A stretch of 64,000 nt of DNA. It comes from Camelus dromedarius. Taxonomy: Eukaryota. The stretch covers positions 24,802,001-24,866,000 of the forward strand of contig NC_087437.1 in NCBI RefSeq assembly GCF_036321535.1, written 5' to 3'. The notes beneath the pieces are model-generated. The model worked only from the letters and a program-made list of their open reading frames with translations, was not told the origin of the DNA and searched no databases. The number at the start of each line of letters is the position of its first letter. The first letter of the stretch is position 1. The translations under genes and the position numbers were made by a program. Shown in pieces: positions 62,738 through 64,000 of the stretch.

Positions 62738-63365
62738 AATTTATGTATTCGTTCTATATTTGAGTACTTACTCTGTGTTGTTCTAGGGGTTTGGGATACA
62801 GGCATGAACAACTCAGACAACAAAGAATCCCTGCCCTCGTGGACCCTCCGTGCTAGTGAGGGTGAAGTGGCAGTAAGAGTAAACGTCACAAATAAGTCAA
62901 TTGTGTGGCTTGTAATAATGTAATAATTCCCAAGTGGAAAAGAAAAAGAGTAGCAAAAGGAAATGTGGTAGTGCAGAGGGCTGGGAAAATTACAATTTTA
63001 AGTAGGATGGCCAGAGCACACCTCATTGAAGAAGTGACATTTGAGCAAATGCTTGAAGAAAGTGGGGAAATTAGCCACTTGACTCTTTAGGGAAGAGTAT
63101 TCTAGACAGAGGTAGAGTCTGTGCAATGGCCCTGAGGTGGAGAGTATGCGGCATGTTCCAGGAGCCACAAAGAGGCCAGTAGACCTGGAGCAGAGTGAGA
63201 AAGGGAAGAGGAAGAAGCATTGAGTTCAGAGGGACCACAGTGCGTGGGGCCTGGTAAGACACTGTAAAAACTCTGGCTCTTATTTCAGTTAAAATGGAGA
63301 GCCTCTGCAGGGCTTTGAATGACATGAGCTTATTTATCATTTGAAGGGACCTTCCCGGCTGCTTA
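62738..63365 (-). mobile_element. L2 LINE 3' region
   Basis: tccctgccctcgtgga, gtgacatttgagca, ggccctgagg, ggcatgttccagga, gaggccagt. Confidence 0.85.
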
Positions 63366-63629
63366 GGCAAGAGTGAAAACAATGAGACCTGTGAGAGGCA
63401 GTTTGGTAAGTAAGTTTCATCCTTTTGTATTTTTTTATGTGGATAACTCTGATTCCTTCCAATAGAATCCCCCTGTCTCAATTAAGCTCTACAGGTGGAA
63501 ACCCTTTACTTCTTTGTGGGCATAAATTTGATGAATCCTGTGCTTGAGGGAGTGGCGTCTCCGTCTCGAGGGAAAGAATGAGCAGGGAAGAGCAAATCAG
63601 GCAGTACCATTTGCTGCATTTAGCTCCTT

Positions 63630-63843
63630 CAGTGTTGTCACTTGAGAAACACCACGAGCTCTATAACAACAACATGATGATGATGATGATGATGATAATG
63701 ATGAAGAAGAAGAAGAAGAATAGTTCCTGGGCTCCAAATCAAAAAATTATATTAGAATCTTGTGGTTGAGGTTCAGCCACCAGGTCATCTTAGAAGACCC
63801 CCAAATGATTTTCCTGTGCAGCCAAACATGCTAGTCCCTGGGC
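63630..63843. mobile_element. MER5-type element containing a compound (AAC)(ATG)(AAG) microsatellite at 63665-63720
   Basis: tcctgggctcc...tagaatct...ccccaaatgatt...tgcagccaa flanking the triplet run. Confidence 0.55.
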
Positions 63844-64000
63844 TACATGTGAAGCTCTAGAAATCCATCTTCTGCATATGATTTCCAAGATTACTTCAGC
63901 CATTTCCACTGATTTTCAACCAAATGGTAAGAGGAAAGGAACAGCGTGTCCAGGGCTAGTCCTTTTCAGCAGAAGTTGCACACCTCACTTTGCACATTTC

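Noticed and set aside
63578..63769. ORF with poly-Asn/Met/Lys
   Set aside because: Translation of the compound triplet microsatellite.
1..64000. Prokaryotic-type systems (operons, CRISPR, defence islands) and CpG-island promoters
   Set aside because: The sequence is CpG-depleted mammalian DNA with no long ORFs, repeat-spacer arrays or CpG-rich segments.

Overview
AT-rich mammalian genomic DNA, most likely camelid (camel/alpaca/llama): it carries tRNA-Ala-derived Vic-1-type SINEs and cetartiodactyl-type L1 3' ends, and I saw no Alu or Bov-A. I found no recognisable host protein-coding exon, CpG island or functional RNA gene, so the window is probably intergenic or intronic; the supplied ORFs are chance or repeat-derived. 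It is dominated by transposon fossils. The largest is a ~5.8 kb, two-LTR, env-less class I (ERV1) provirus on the minus strand (41184-46965) with a tRNA-Ile PBS and decayed gag/pro/pol. There are also solo LTRs, hAT and Tigger DNA elements, and L1/L2/MIR remnants. The most unusual structures are: (i) two different MER41-like solo LTRs in opposite orientation sharing one target site (atac-LTR-atac-LTR-atac, 16908-17937); (ii) a MER82 and the provirus inserted 5 bp apart in one L1MC; (iii) a dense cluster of NR5A-type CCAAGG motifs at ~61.1-61.35 kb. I found no convincing new biological system. Family names come from recalled consensus sequences and were not checked by a database search.
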